Notes: generated by a model from the letters alone, not told the origin. A DNA stretch of 64,000 nt from Bdellovibrionales bacterium (GCA_050246815.1 JBFWVI010000006.1:26069-90068); one strand, 5' to 3'; positions 49,152 through 58,898 are shown, counted from the first letter of the stretch. Numbers and translations: made by a program.

Positions 49152-49279
49152 TATCACTCCTTCCGCCCCAAACAAACGAAATCATAACATAAGCCGCGAC
49201 TCGACCAAAGAGCAGCAACCGTGTGACGCAACATTTCGCCCTTCTTCACCTTCGGTCGCGCTGCTACACTTTAAAAACG

Positions 49280-50248
49280 ATGAAAAAATATGACTGGCTA
49301 TATGTGATAGGGGCGGTTTTTGCCGTCTGGGGATTGGATTTTTTCACGAAGGTTTGGGCTCTTGAAACCATCAGTGATCTTCGCTTTTATGGTCCGTTCG
49401 GATTGGTATTGGTGCGCAATCCCGGTGCAATTTTAGGTGCCTTTTCGCATCTTTCGCCTTTGCTGCGGGTGGTTTCGCTGTCGACTGGCGGGGCTTTTTT
49501 AATTTTCATCTATGCTTCGATTCAATACTTACTGCCCCAACGTTCACTGATGCTGCGGGCGGGAATGTCGATTCTGTTGGGTGGTATCCTGGGCAATGTC
49601 ACCGACCGCATTATCGCAGGCTCGGTTGTGGATTTTTTAGTCATCAAATTGCCCATTCTAAACTGGGTATCACCGGCTTTCAATTTAGCAGACGCGTTCC
49701 AATGGATTGGCTACTCGATGGTGGTGATCTCTTTGTTGCGCGAAGGAAACCAAATTTGGCCTTCTGAAAATGAACGCAAAAAAGTTTGGGTTCTGCCTCG
49801 CTTTCAGATTCGCTTCACTTTTGTGATCATGGCCATCGGCTTGGCCTTTGTGATCATCAGCGGAGTGTTTTCATACACCTATTTGAAGGTCACCATCCGC
49901 GATCTTGTGATCGGTCCTTCCGGCGAAACAGAAACCCGTTTTCTGGTGCCCTTTCTTGAAACCTTCGGGATTGTGGTCTTGGGGTTTTTGTTTATGCTGT
50001 TTATCATCGGCAAAATGCTGTCACATCGCATGGCTGGGCCCATTTATGCCTTTGAGCTGTTTTTAGATGACATCCTGCAGGGCCGTGATCGCCCCCTGCG
50101 CCTGAGGGCTGGGGATGATTTTCAGCATTTAGAGGCTTTAGGTGAGCGCGTGCGGCAAAGGCTCAAATCCAACTTTCAAAACGTGGACTCCAACGTGGCG
50201 CAAGAAGAATCCACAACGAACGTTTTGACTGCGGCCTCCGAAAAATAA
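49280..50248 (+). CDS. lspA: lipoprotein signal peptidase II with C-terminal 2-TM/HAMP-like extension
   Basis: D..TK, NPGA, GG.LGNVTDR, VVDFL, FNLAD; about 160 extra aa containing FQ.RF, two TMs, SHRMAGP and LRAGDDF. Confidence 0.85.
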   Translation: MKKYDWLYVIGAVFAVWGLDFFTKVWALETISDLRFYGPFGLVLVRNPGAILGAFSHLSPLLRVVSLSTGGAFLIFIYASIQYLLPQRSLMLRAGMSILLGGILGNVTDRIIAGSVVDFLVIKLPILNWVSPAFNLADAFQWIGYSMVVISLLREGNQIWPSENERKKVWVLPRFQIRFTFVIMAIGLAFVIISGVFSYTYLKVTIRDLVIGPSGETETRFLVPFLETFGIVVLGFLFMLFIIGKMLSHRMAGPIYAFELFLDDILQGRDRPLRLRAGDDFQHLEALGERVRQRLKSNFQNVDSNVAQEESTTNVLTAASEK

Positions 50249-50260
50249 ATAATTTTTGAT

Positions 50261-50911
50261 ATGCATATCAAACAAACTCTGCTTTGGACCTTTACAGCGA
50301 TCGTATTAGTGGGGATCGGCGCGGGATTCTGGCAAATGAGCCGCCCGAAGCTGGCCTACATCGGTCACCCCATGAGCATCCGCGAGATTCAAACCAGCGG
50401 TATTGACCGTGAGGGCGCCCCCCAAGACGTGATTGTGTTTGGTGACGGCACCACCTTGCGTGAAATTGGTTATGATGTGGTCCACGTCGGCACCATTCAA
50501 CCCGAAAAGGGCCGGGCGATCTTTTTGTTCAAAGGCTTTAGCTGTCGCGCCTGCGAGCCCACCATCAGTCTTTGGGTTTACAATTCGGGTGACAAAACCG
50601 CAGAGCGCTTCGTCTACCCCGGCCAACATTTTACGGTGAGTGGGGTCGACGGCAAAGAAGTTCTTGAGCACTCCAGCCAAGCTATCTTTGGCCGCTGCGG
50701 AGAAAAAGATCAGCTCTTGCTATTGGCCCAAAAGCAGCGCGATGTGGAGTCTGACCAATGGAACTTCACCACAACACTCATCTCATTCTCGGCGACCGGT
50801 GAAGCCGTCGTGCAAAACACCAACGACAACAGCTTCGAAAAAGTCAAAACCATGCTCGACAATCAGGGCTGCCTTGAGATCGAACCCGAAGACAGTCACG
50901 ATTACATGTAA
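50261..50911 (+). CDS. hypothetical membrane-anchored protein
   Basis: N-terminal TM and a CRAC motif; no family recognised. Confidence 0.65.
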   Translation: MHIKQTLLWTFTAIVLVGIGAGFWQMSRPKLAYIGHPMSIREIQTSGIDREGAPQDVIVFGDGTTLREIGYDVVHVGTIQPEKGRAIFLFKGFSCRACEPTISLWVYNSGDKTAERFVYPGQHFTVSGVDGKEVLEHSSQAIFGRCGEKDQLLLLAQKQRDVESDQWNFTTTLISFSATGEAVVQNTNDNSFEKVKTMLDNQGCLEIEPEDSHDYM

Positions 50912-50993
50912 ATTCTGCCCTGCCGACTTTCATCTTCTTGTCATTAAAACGTGAGCTTGACCCCTTGAGCACCGCGGCCCCATAACCCCTTTC

Positions 50994-52055
50994 ATGTTGC
51001 GCCTTTTTCTTGTTCTCAACTTGGCACTTGCTCAGGCCGCCGTGGCTGAGCCCGAATCGGGAAACTATCGCCGCTTACGCCCGGTTCAGGATGTCGGTCT
51101 TGCCCACCATGACCACAGCCATCCTCATGTTTTAGAGCTGAATTTATCCGGGGCACAACTCGACCCCAACGGCCTTGCGGCCGAACTGGTTGATGATGCC
51201 CATGAAATCAGCCACCACCACGGCGAAAAGCGCGAGTTGAAAGCATTTGTGCGCAATTGGTTGACACAACTCAACCTGGTGCAAAGCGGACGCGACCTTT
51301 TGCGCTGGGTGGATTATCGCACCCATACCAACCCTGCCCTGCAAGAACATATAGGAAATTTAGGTGTTTTATTTGGCGCCTCGCACGTCCTGGAGACACT
51401 TTCAGGTCCCGTGGGCGCCTTGATCGGCAATCAGGTGGGACTGCCCGAAGCCGTCAACTGGGCTATTTTGGCTGTGGGTGGAGTCATCTCGATCCCGGGG
51501 CTGGATCCTCTGTGCATTGCCTTGGCGGCGGCATACAAAATCAGTCCTGGATTTCGCACCCAAATCACACGCGTACGCCTGACCCTGCTTCGTGGTGGCA
51601 CGGCCCTTGGACGCTTCGCACGCGTGCCACAATTGATGGCCAAATTTGGCCACTGGCAAACGGGGCGTGAACGAATTTTAGTGCAGCTGAAAAACAGCGA
51701 AGACGGCTTGAGTCTGACTTTGCCCGGCGGCTTTTTGCAATTTCAGATGAACCAAAAGCACGTGTGGCTTCACCGCGTGCAGATTCAAAACACTGATGAT
51801 TTTAAGAAGTCTTGGCAGGATTGGCGCAAACACTTTGATGGCAACACTCGTCATGCCGTGGATCATGCTTTAGCGGTGCCCGACACCAAAGCGGCTCCCT
51901 TTTATGTGAGCCAAGCCGGCCCTGCCGCCCAGGTGGATCTATTTGAAAACACTGAGTTCGCCCCGCCCCCCAGTCAAAACTGGAAAATTCTAGATGGCGC
52001 CATCCAACCTTGGGGTCGCTGGCAGTGGTGCAACAACCTTTTATCAAGGCACTAA
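50994..52055 (+). CDS. hypothetical exported protein with His-rich patches
   Basis: Signal peptide; HHDHSHPH and HEISHHHG; central hydrophobic hairpin; TTGACC-N18-CATAAC promoter candidate at 50957-50986. Confidence 0.65.
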   Translation: MLRLFLVLNLALAQAAVAEPESGNYRRLRPVQDVGLAHHDHSHPHVLELNLSGAQLDPNGLAAELVDDAHEISHHHGEKRELKAFVRNWLTQLNLVQSGRDLLRWVDYRTHTNPALQEHIGNLGVLFGASHVLETLSGPVGALIGNQVGLPEAVNWAILAVGGVISIPGLDPLCIALAAAYKISPGFRTQITRVRLTLLRGGTALGRFARVPQLMAKFGHWQTGRERILVQLKNSEDGLSLTLPGGFLQFQMNQKHVWLHRVQIQNTDDFKKSWQDWRKHFDGNTRHAVDHALAVPDTKAAPFYVSQAGPAAQVDLFENTEFAPPPSQNWKILDGAIQPWGRWQWCNNLLSRH

Positions 52056-52879
52056 ATCACTCGCGCGGCTTGGATTTGCGACACGAAAAAACGTTTGGTT
52101 TGTGAGTCGGCGGGCTCGCGTGCCACTAAAAAATCACCGTTTGGATTGCGCACAACTCCCAGCGGGATCAATTGGCGCGGCTGGCCCGGGCGCGAGCCCC
52201 CGGCATAAATCAACTCCACATGACGCTTTTGCCGAATAGCCGAGACCACGTTAAGCAGGGCTTCCTTTTCACTTAAGGCCGCGATGGAGTAGTCGGTCCA
52301 TTTCATTTCGACGCCTTGAAACTTATAAAGATCTTCAAGGCGCACATTTTCACCGATGCGGCGAAAGCAGCGCAAAGCGACCTGTAAACACCCTTTGGTG
52401 TCATCCAGCGCGCGATGCGCCTGCCCTTGCGGCAAGCCCAAATGCTGCAGCAAGGTTTGCAGGCGATGATTGGGTGAGGCCGGGAGCGCTTTACGCGAAA
52501 TCACGGCGGTGCAAAGCGCATCCATCGTTGGTAAATTTAAATTTAAATTTTCGATCTCCCAAGCCAAAAAGCCCATATCAAAGGGAGCGTGATGCGCGAC
52601 CGGTACCGCTCCACCTAAAAATTTCAAAAATTCGGGTACGACCTTCTGCACCGGCGGCGCATTGGCCACCATGTCATTGGTGATGTGGTGAATCGCAATC
52701 ACCTCATCACTCATGGGCCGCGTTGGGCGAACTAAGGTTTGATATTCATCAACGATTTGGCCGGCCTGCCATTTGATCGCGGCCACTTCACAGATCTCGG
52801 CCTCCAGCGGGTACTTGCCCGTCGTTTCCAGATCAAATGCGACAAAAGTGGCCTCAGCCCAAGGGGTGATGCGTGTCAT
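52052..52879 (-). CDS. DEDDh 3'-5' exonuclease (DnaQ-like) with C-terminal WYL-like domain
   Basis: FDLETTG, AHHAPFD, HRALDD; C-terminal I.Y.GGS.PG..R.L.P...LVA...KRFFVSQI. Confidence 0.85.
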   Translation of the reverse strand: MTRITPWAEATFVAFDLETTGKYPLEAEICEVAAIKWQAGQIVDEYQTLVRPTRPMSDEVIAIHHITNDMVANAPPVQKVVPEFLKFLGGAVPVAHHAPFDMGFLAWEIENLNLNLPTMDALCTAVISRKALPASPNHRLQTLLQHLGLPQGQAHRALDDTKGCLQVALRCFRRIGENVRLEDLYKFQGVEMKWTDYSIAALSEKEALLNVVSAIRQKRHVELIYAGGSRPGQPRQLIPLGVVRNPNGDFLVAREPADSQTKRFFVSQIQAARVI

Positions 52880-52936
52880 GAGCCGCGCACACTAGCATTG
52901 GACACGGCCTACTTAAAAGCACTATCCTTTTGGGAT

Positions 52937-53926
52937 ATGCCACTTTTACGTATTCTGTGGGCCATGTTGAGAGCGTTTTGGCCCCGCCGCCTCTTTATGA
53001 TGTTTCGGCGCAAACGCCGAAATCCGTTTAAACCGGTGGTTTTGCTGACCGGCTGTGGTTCAGGCTTGGGTTTTGCCACTGCGGAGGCCTTGGCCAAGAT
53101 CGAAGATTACCGGGTGGTCGTTACGGCTCGAGCCCGCTCTTTGGACTTTTTGCATTCGAAATTTCCCGAATCCGACCGCCTGATCGTGCGCGAATTGGAC
53201 GTGAACAACGTCGAACAAAGAAGGCGCCTGTGTCAAGAGGTGCTCGAAATGTGGGGTGGGGTCGACATCCTCGTCAATAATGCAGGTGTCTCTTACCGTG
53301 CCGTGGTTGAACATATGAGCGACGCGGATGAACTGCACCAGCTCACCACTAATTATTTAGGCCCAATGGGCCTGATCCGTTTAGTCATCGCCCATATGCG
53401 CAACAAAGGCCGCGGCAAAATCATCAACATTTCTTCGGTCAGCGGCATGCTGGCCATGCCGACCATGGCTTCGTACAGCGCCTCGAAACACGCCCTTGAA
53501 GGTGCCAGTGAAGCACTTTGGTATGAAATGAAGCCGCTCGGGATTGATGTGTGTTTGCTGCAGCCGGGATTTATCAATTCGAATTCATTTTTTAATGTGT
53601 CCTACACCAAAGCTTCTGAGCGCTCCGAGCACAGTGACGGACTTTACAGTGATTACTACAAAAATATGACCCCTTTTGTTGAGCGGATGATGCGAAGGTC
53701 GCCCGTCACGCCTGAGACCATCGCGAAACTGGTGATCAAAGTGATTCGCACGGAAAATCCGCCGCTTTGGATTCCCGCCACGCCGGATGCCTGGGTGTTT
53801 TATTATCTGCGCCGTTGGCTGCCGCGCCGTTGGCTGCTGCCGTTTTTATTTTACTGTTTACCCAATGCCACCGAGTGGGCGAAAGAATACACCCACCGTC
53901 GGGCTTCGAAGGACATGTTCAATTAA
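52937..53926 (+). CDS. short-chain dehydrogenase/reductase
   Basis: TGCGSGLG, NNAG, ISS and YSASK; start uncertain (ATG 52937 proposed). Confidence 0.9.
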   Translation: MPLLRILWAMLRAFWPRRLFMMFRRKRRNPFKPVVLLTGCGSGLGFATAEALAKIEDYRVVVTARARSLDFLHSKFPESDRLIVRELDVNNVEQRRRLCQEVLEMWGGVDILVNNAGVSYRAVVEHMSDADELHQLTTNYLGPMGLIRLVIAHMRNKGRGKIINISSVSGMLAMPTMASYSASKHALEGASEALWYEMKPLGIDVCLLQPGFINSNSFFNVSYTKASERSEHSDGLYSDYYKNMTPFVERMMRRSPVTPETIAKLVIKVIRTENPPLWIPATPDAWVFYYLRRWLPRRWLLPFLFYCLPNATEWAKEYTHRRASKDMFN

Positions 53927-53941
53927 ATTGAAGCCAAGTTC

Positions 53942-53999
53942 AGCCTCAGGCTTCTGGCTACAGGCCACTGGCCTCTGGCTGCGGGTTACACGAAGCCTG
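53942..53999. repeat. degenerate tandem heptamer array enclosed by an 8-bp inverted repeat, between convergent genes
   Basis: AGCCTCA GGCTTCT GGCTACA GGCCACT GGCCTCT GGCTGCG GGTTACA (53942-53990); CAGGCTTC (53947-53954) pairs with GAAGCCTG (53992-53999). Confidence 0.55.
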
Positions 54000-54009
54000 T
54001 TCGAAATTT

Positions 54010-54897
54010 TTACTTCTTGATTGGTTGCGGCTTACGATCGCTGATCTGTTTGACGAAGTTGTTGTAGACGTTGGCGCCATCGTCTTTGCCGCCGAACATT
54101 TCGCCTAACTTTCGGGGTTTGCTGCCGTCGGAAAGCGTGTCCTTTTGTTTGATGCGAATGCGGATGAAACCTTCTTGCGGTTTGCCGTCTTTGCCACGCG
54201 TGGCTTTGACGCCTTCGGATTTGCCAAAAACGTCCACACTTTCATGTTCGAGGCTGTGTTGCGCCTTGCCCACGACCAAGTCCAAACGCTTTTCAGAAAT
54301 TTTGCGCGCCAAATCTTGATCTCCGCCCTTGACGGTGTTGGCGTAGACCCTCGAATCGACGAACACATTGGCGTCTTCAAGACCTGCGGTGATTCCCGCC
54401 AGCTTCTCCATGGCGTCGACAAACTTGGCTCCGGGCTCCGCTGTGCCGGGCACAAACAAATTACGCTCAGGGATCTCAATCACGATTTCATCCGAGGTGA
54501 CGTTCATCTCGGAGGCGAAATCGCCCAACTGATCGGCCATTTCGGCCATAACAATGTTTTTTGAACCCATTTGCATGAAGTTCGGGGTGTAATCCATCGG
54601 TGTCACAAACGACTGCAAAAACTTCAAGGGCTCATTGACCAAATCAAGAAACAATTTTTCTAAAGTCAACTCGACCCCATAGTTCGAAAAATTGTATTCG
54701 ATGATACTGGGCGTGGAGAAATAATCTGACACTGCTTTTTTGGTCTGGTCCGATTGACCCAGCAGCCACATCAAAAGAAAGAACGCCATCAACGCCGTCA
54801 TGAAGTCGGCAAAAGCCACCTTCCATGAGCCACCATGACCGCCGCCGGCGACCACCGTGATTTTTTTGATGACTATAATTGGTTCTTTCTCTGCCAC
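54010..54897 (-). CDS. motB: flagellar stator protein MotB
   Basis: HGGSWKVAFADFMTALMAFFLLMWL TM with the conserved Asp; follows motA; OmpA-like domain is divergent. Confidence 0.88.
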   Translation of the reverse strand: MAEKEPIIVIKKITVVAGGGHGGSWKVAFADFMTALMAFFLLMWLLGQSDQTKKAVSDYFSTPSIIEYNFSNYGVELTLEKLFLDLVNEPLKFLQSFVTPMDYTPNFMQMGSKNIVMAEMADQLGDFASEMNVTSDEIVIEIPERNLFVPGTAEPGAKFVDAMEKLAGITAGLEDANVFVDSRVYANTVKGGDQDLARKISEKRLDLVVGKAQHSLEHESVDVFGKSEGVKATRGKDGKPQEGFIRIRIKQKDTLSDGSKPRKLGEMFGGKDDGANVYNNFVKQISDRKPQPIKK

Positions 54898-54917
54898 AAA
54901 CGTCCTTCAATTGCCGC

Positions 54918-55778
54918 TTAAGCGGCTTTTTTCGCTTCTTTAGTTGCCGTGTCCATTTCGTCAAAGCTGGGGCGTTCAGCCGGGTAAACGCTACGACGGG
55001 CAAATTCCACACACACCAGTGGGGGGGCACCACGCTGCAGGGCCACCAATGCGGCTTTGATCACCGACAGATAACGGCCCTCGGCCTCGATGTCGTTTTT
55101 CATTTTAGCGGCGATCGGGCCAATGAAGCCGTAACAGAACAACACACCCAAAAACGTACCGATCAGGGCGGCCGCAACCAACGAACCGATCTTTTGTGGA
55201 CCTTGATCCAAATAATCCATGGTGTGCACGATACCCAAAACCGCCGCCACGATTCCTAGACCAGGCAGGGCGTCCGACATATTCGAGATCGCATGCTGAG
55301 CCGCGTGCTCTTCTTCGTGAGCCACTTTGATGTCTTGATCTAATAGATCGTCGACGTCGTACTGCGATAAATCGGCGGACAAGGTGATTTTCATGGTGTC
55401 GCAAAGAAAATCCACCGCATGGTGATTCTTCAAAAATGCCGGGTATGCTTTGAAAATCTCAGAGCTGTTGGGTTCTTCGATATGCTTTTCGACCGCTTGC
55501 GGGCCGTCCTTACGAAAAATTTGAAACAACTGAAATAGCAACTGTAAAAGTTCGAGATAATCTTTTTTACCGGGTCCTTTGGAGGTCAACGCGTGCAGCG
55601 CTTTACCCACGGCCATTTTGACCGTGCCGACGGGGTTGCCGATAATCAATCCGCCGATAGCGGCGCCGAAAATAATCATGACTTCAAATGGCTGCCAAAC
55701 GACGTGCAAATGTCCACCGGCCAACAGGTAGCCGCCGAACACGCAGACGATCACAACTAAGATGCCGACAAAACCCAT
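54918..55778 (-). CDS. motA: flagellar stator protein MotA
   Basis: VFGGY, QPFE, RKDG..AVE..IE.P, PGLGIVAAVLG, ALIGTFLG, VEFARR, RPSF. Confidence 0.95.
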   Translation of the reverse strand: MGFVGILVVIVCVFGGYLLAGGHLHVVWQPFEVMIIFGAAIGGLIIGNPVGTVKMAVGKALHALTSKGPGKKDYLELLQLLFQLFQIFRKDGPQAVEKHIEEPNSSEIFKAYPAFLKNHHAVDFLCDTMKITLSADLSQYDVDDLLDQDIKVAHEEEHAAQHAISNMSDALPGLGIVAAVLGIVHTMDYLDQGPQKIGSLVAAALIGTFLGVLFCYGFIGPIAAKMKNDIEAEGRYLSVIKAALVALQRGAPPLVCVEFARRSVYPAERPSFDEMDTATKEAKKAA

Positions 55779-55870
55779 AGTTATACCTCTAGTGTCTTTT
55801 CGGAATCGTGGGTTTGAGATGAAGTCCAGCCTGGTCCGGCGCCCATTTTCTTGCTAAAGGTCTAGTCTCT

Positions 55871-56686
55871 ATGAGCAAGGACCCTTCTTTAAAACATGCT
55901 GTTTTGTATTTCCGAGGGCTCAACACCCAAGGTGATGAGCAATTGCGCTTTGGTCGCCTGGCCCTTGGTCCAATGCATGGCCCATGGCTCGAACAGCTGC
56001 ACAAACGCCATGTCACGGCCCTGCCCGTTCCAGGGCGCGGCGGCGGCCCACTGCAAGAGCAAATCGAAAAGGCGGTGGAAAGCATCCGTCGTCTGCCGCT
56101 TTGGCAATCACCTGAGACCCGATTTCATTTTCTAGCCCACTCCACCGGCGGCCTGGTCGCACGGGCGGCCGTCCATCACTTACGCCAACCCAGCCGCATT
56201 CTTTCGGTTGTGACTTTGGCAGCGCCCCACCAAGGATCCTGGTTGGCCGAATTGATTCCGTCCGTGCCTGAGCGACGCCCCCGCTTGAACCGCCTTTTGC
56301 AATTGATCGACTATCGAATTGAAAAAAAGTTGGCGGCGTTCGCAGACCTCACCCCGATGCAAGCCAAACAATTCAATTCGCTTTACCCCGATGTCCCCGG
56401 CATTCGCTATGGCTCTGCGATCTTTGCGATCCCAGAAAAAAAACTGAGCTGGCCTGTGCGTTTTGCCAAACGCATCGTCGATACAAGCGAAGCGCCTATG
56501 AGCGACGGTATCGTGGCTTTGGACGCCCAAAACTGGGGTGAGGTGTTTTTCAAAGGGCAACTGGATCATATGAACCAAATTGGCTACAACTTTAGACTGC
56601 TGCCACACGAACGCCTGAAAACCAACCAAGAGTTTTTGCGCCTGGTGGACAAAGTTGTGGATTTTATGCATCAAAGTGAAAGTTGA
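55871..56686 (+). CDS. alpha/beta-hydrolase (lipase/esterase)
   Basis: AHSTGG nucleophile elbow, PHQGS, SDGIV acid, DHMN His. Confidence 0.85.
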   Translation: MSKDPSLKHAVLYFRGLNTQGDEQLRFGRLALGPMHGPWLEQLHKRHVTALPVPGRGGGPLQEQIEKAVESIRRLPLWQSPETRFHFLAHSTGGLVARAAVHHLRQPSRILSVVTLAAPHQGSWLAELIPSVPERRPRLNRLLQLIDYRIEKKLAAFADLTPMQAKQFNSLYPDVPGIRYGSAIFAIPEKKLSWPVRFAKRIVDTSEAPMSDGIVALDAQNWGEVFFKGQLDHMNQIGYNFRLLPHERLKTNQEFLRLVDKVVDFMHQSES

Positions 56687-58025
56687 CTTGAACCGCTGTG
56701 CCTTGCGGGTCGGACTTTAAGTCCAAATCCCAGCCGTAAAGCCGTACGATTGAACTGACGATGGCAAGCCCCAACCCCGAACTGGATTGCCGCGACTGAT
56801 AAGAGTTTATGCCCTTATTGAAGGGCTGGCCCAGGCGCTCCAACACATCCGCGGCTATCCCTTCACCGTGATCCATCACACGCAGAACTCCCAAATTTAA
56901 TCCAATGTCGATGGGTTGCCCGGGCGGCGAATACTTCAAGGCATTGGACACCAAGTTGCTGATCAGTTGCTCGACGTGCGGTGGAAAGGCAAAGGCGGTG
57001 GTGTCGTCAATTACTTGCAGGCGGATACGCCCTGGCGCCAAGCGATCAAATTTCTCGCGCACTGAAAAAATCAAATCGCGCAAGCGCACCGCATGGATCT
57101 TGGTCTGCACTGTGCTTTGTTCAAGCTCGGCCCAATCCAAAAACTCGGTCACAATGGCCGAGGTGGAATCCACCCCCTCTAGTAACCGCCCGGTTTTATC
57201 TTTGGTTAGATTCAAGTCCCGCACTAAAATTTCCAGATCTGACCGCAGCACAGTCAATGGAGTTTTCATTTCGTGGGCCATACGCATTGCCCACACTTTG
57301 ATCAGGCGGTAGTTCTGGTTGATTTTTTCAAGCAATCTTTGAATGTTGATCACAAGCGCTGAAAACTCGTCGGCCTTGGACCAAAAACCTGAGGCATGCT
57401 GAACCATATCCCGCGGTAACCCCTGAACATCGCGCATATTTTTAAGATCACGCGTGGCTGCGGCCAAATGGCTATTTAATCGGTTGAAGGGCTGAAGCAA
57501 AACCGACGCCAGCAAACCTGAAGTGAACATCGCGATCAAAATCACGACGGCCACGTAACCGATCACCCGGTCACTGACCGTCGACCATTTGAAAAATTCC
57601 GCGTCCACCACCACGCCCACTTGCAGGGTGCGGTCGGGGCGGCTGGGAAGGTTCAGATTCAAGACGCGAATGAATTGCCCCTTGGTTTCAAGGGTCACCC
57701 ACTGGGGTTCGCGCGGGATGGGCGTGCTCAGCATTTGCGCAGTTTCACTCGAAAAAATGATTTGTCCCTGGTTGTTGCGAATAATAAATAGCTTGCCGAT
57801 CCGGCTGGGCCCCAGCTCTTCGGCGATGATGGCTTCAGCTGAAGTAAAGTTGATTTTCGCCAAATCAGTTAAGTCCGAGTTGATCAAGACCGAAGCGCTG
57901 CCGCGAATCTGATTGTCGATCAAATCCAGGCGCTCTGAACGCAGGTAAGAAAAATGCACCCATGTGACCAGCGCCGCGGTTAATAAAATCGCGCTCAAAA
58001 TGATCAAGAAAAATCTAATCTTCAA
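56664..58025 (-). CDS. sensor histidine kinase
   Basis: Two TMs, AHEMKTPL H-box, NLVSNALKYS, DHGEGI, SGLGLAIV; TTG start overlapping the regulator 3' end. Confidence 0.93.
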   Translation of the reverse strand: MKIRFFLIILSAILLTAALVTWVHFSYLRSERLDLIDNQIRGSASVLINSDLTDLAKINFTSAEAIIAEELGPSRIGKLFIIRNNQGQIIFSSETAQMLSTPIPREPQWVTLETKGQFIRVLNLNLPSRPDRTLQVGVVVDAEFFKWSTVSDRVIGYVAVVILIAMFTSGLLASVLLQPFNRLNSHLAAATRDLKNMRDVQGLPRDMVQHASGFWSKADEFSALVINIQRLLEKINQNYRLIKVWAMRMAHEMKTPLTVLRSDLEILVRDLNLTKDKTGRLLEGVDSTSAIVTEFLDWAELEQSTVQTKIHAVRLRDLIFSVREKFDRLAPGRIRLQVIDDTTAFAFPPHVEQLISNLVSNALKYSPPGQPIDIGLNLGVLRVMDHGEGIAADVLERLGQPFNKGINSYQSRQSSSGLGLAIVSSIVRLYGWDLDLKSDPQGTAVQVNFHFDA

Positions 58026-58689
58026 GCCAGTACCCGACGTTACGCATGTTCTTGACCTCGATACTGGCCACGGCCTCACGCAGTTTTTTGCGCACTGAAT
58101 TCACAGTGGCCTCCACCACATTGGATTCAGAATCGGCACTGACCTCCCAAACGGATTCCAAAACGGTGGCTTTACTGAACACCCGCCCGGGATGACGCAC
58201 CAGCAGGCGTAACAACAAAAATTCTTTGTTGGTCAGAACCATTTTTTGACCGTCCACCAGCAAACAACGATTTTGCTCGTCCAAAGTGACATTGCCCATA
58301 CGCACATGTGGCGATGTGCGGCGATTGCGGCGATCCAATGAACGGATGCGTGCCACTAGTTCGGCGAAAGCAAACGGCTTGGCCAGATAATCGTCGGCGC
58401 CGCGGTCGATGGCCGAAGCTTTTTCTTGAGGTGAGCCGATCGCCGACAAAATCAAAATTCCCATCTCTGGAAACTCGGCTCGAATGTCCTCAATCAAAGG
58501 CAAAGAATCCTGTCCAAACAGCAGCCGGTCCAAAACCAATACGCCGGGAATCCTGTCCAGCGCGCGCAAACAGGGCAAAACATCCTCGTAACGAGCACAA
58601 TGATCGAACAAAAAGCCCTCAAGGCGCAGGTGGTCGCCAATGCTTTGCGCGAGCTTGTTTTCATCTTCGACTAAAAACACAAATGCCAT
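58015..58689 (-). CDS. OmpR/PhoB-family response regulator
   Basis: LVEDE, VLDR, GADDYLAKPF, LTNKEF, SNVVE, RNVGY winged helix. Confidence 0.95.
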   Translation of the reverse strand: MAFVFLVEDENKLAQSIGDHLRLEGFLFDHCARYEDVLPCLRALDRIPGVLVLDRLLFGQDSLPLIEDIRAEFPEMGILILSAIGSPQEKASAIDRGADDYLAKPFAFAELVARIRSLDRRNRRTSPHVRMGNVTLDEQNRCLLVDGQKMVLTNKEFLLLRLLVRHPGRVFSKATVLESVWEVSADSESNVVEATVNSVRKKLREAVASIEVKNMRNVGYWLED

Positions 58690-58898
58690 GGCCGGGCATT
58701 ATTGGTCGAAACCAACGCTTTCGCAACAGCGTGCCATGAGGATAATATTTTTTTTATTTTCGTCGCCAGCTTCAACACAACCGCCAAGGACCACCGCACC
58801 GTCAGAGGTTCAGAAAAACAAATTTGCGTTCACCATGGGTGCTCGTTAACTTGAGCGTACCTTTCTTGCCGTGAAGTCGATGCCTGACCAGCGGCGGT

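Noticed and set aside
55795..55826. Possible sigma28 (FliA) promoter upstream of motA (TCCGAAAA)
   Set aside because: The -10 is only a partial match and there is no good TAAA at the required spacing.
58719..58736. Sigma54-like TGGCACGCTGTTGC on the minus strand upstream of the response regulator
   Set aside because: Only 9 nt separate GG and GC; sigma54 promoters require 10.
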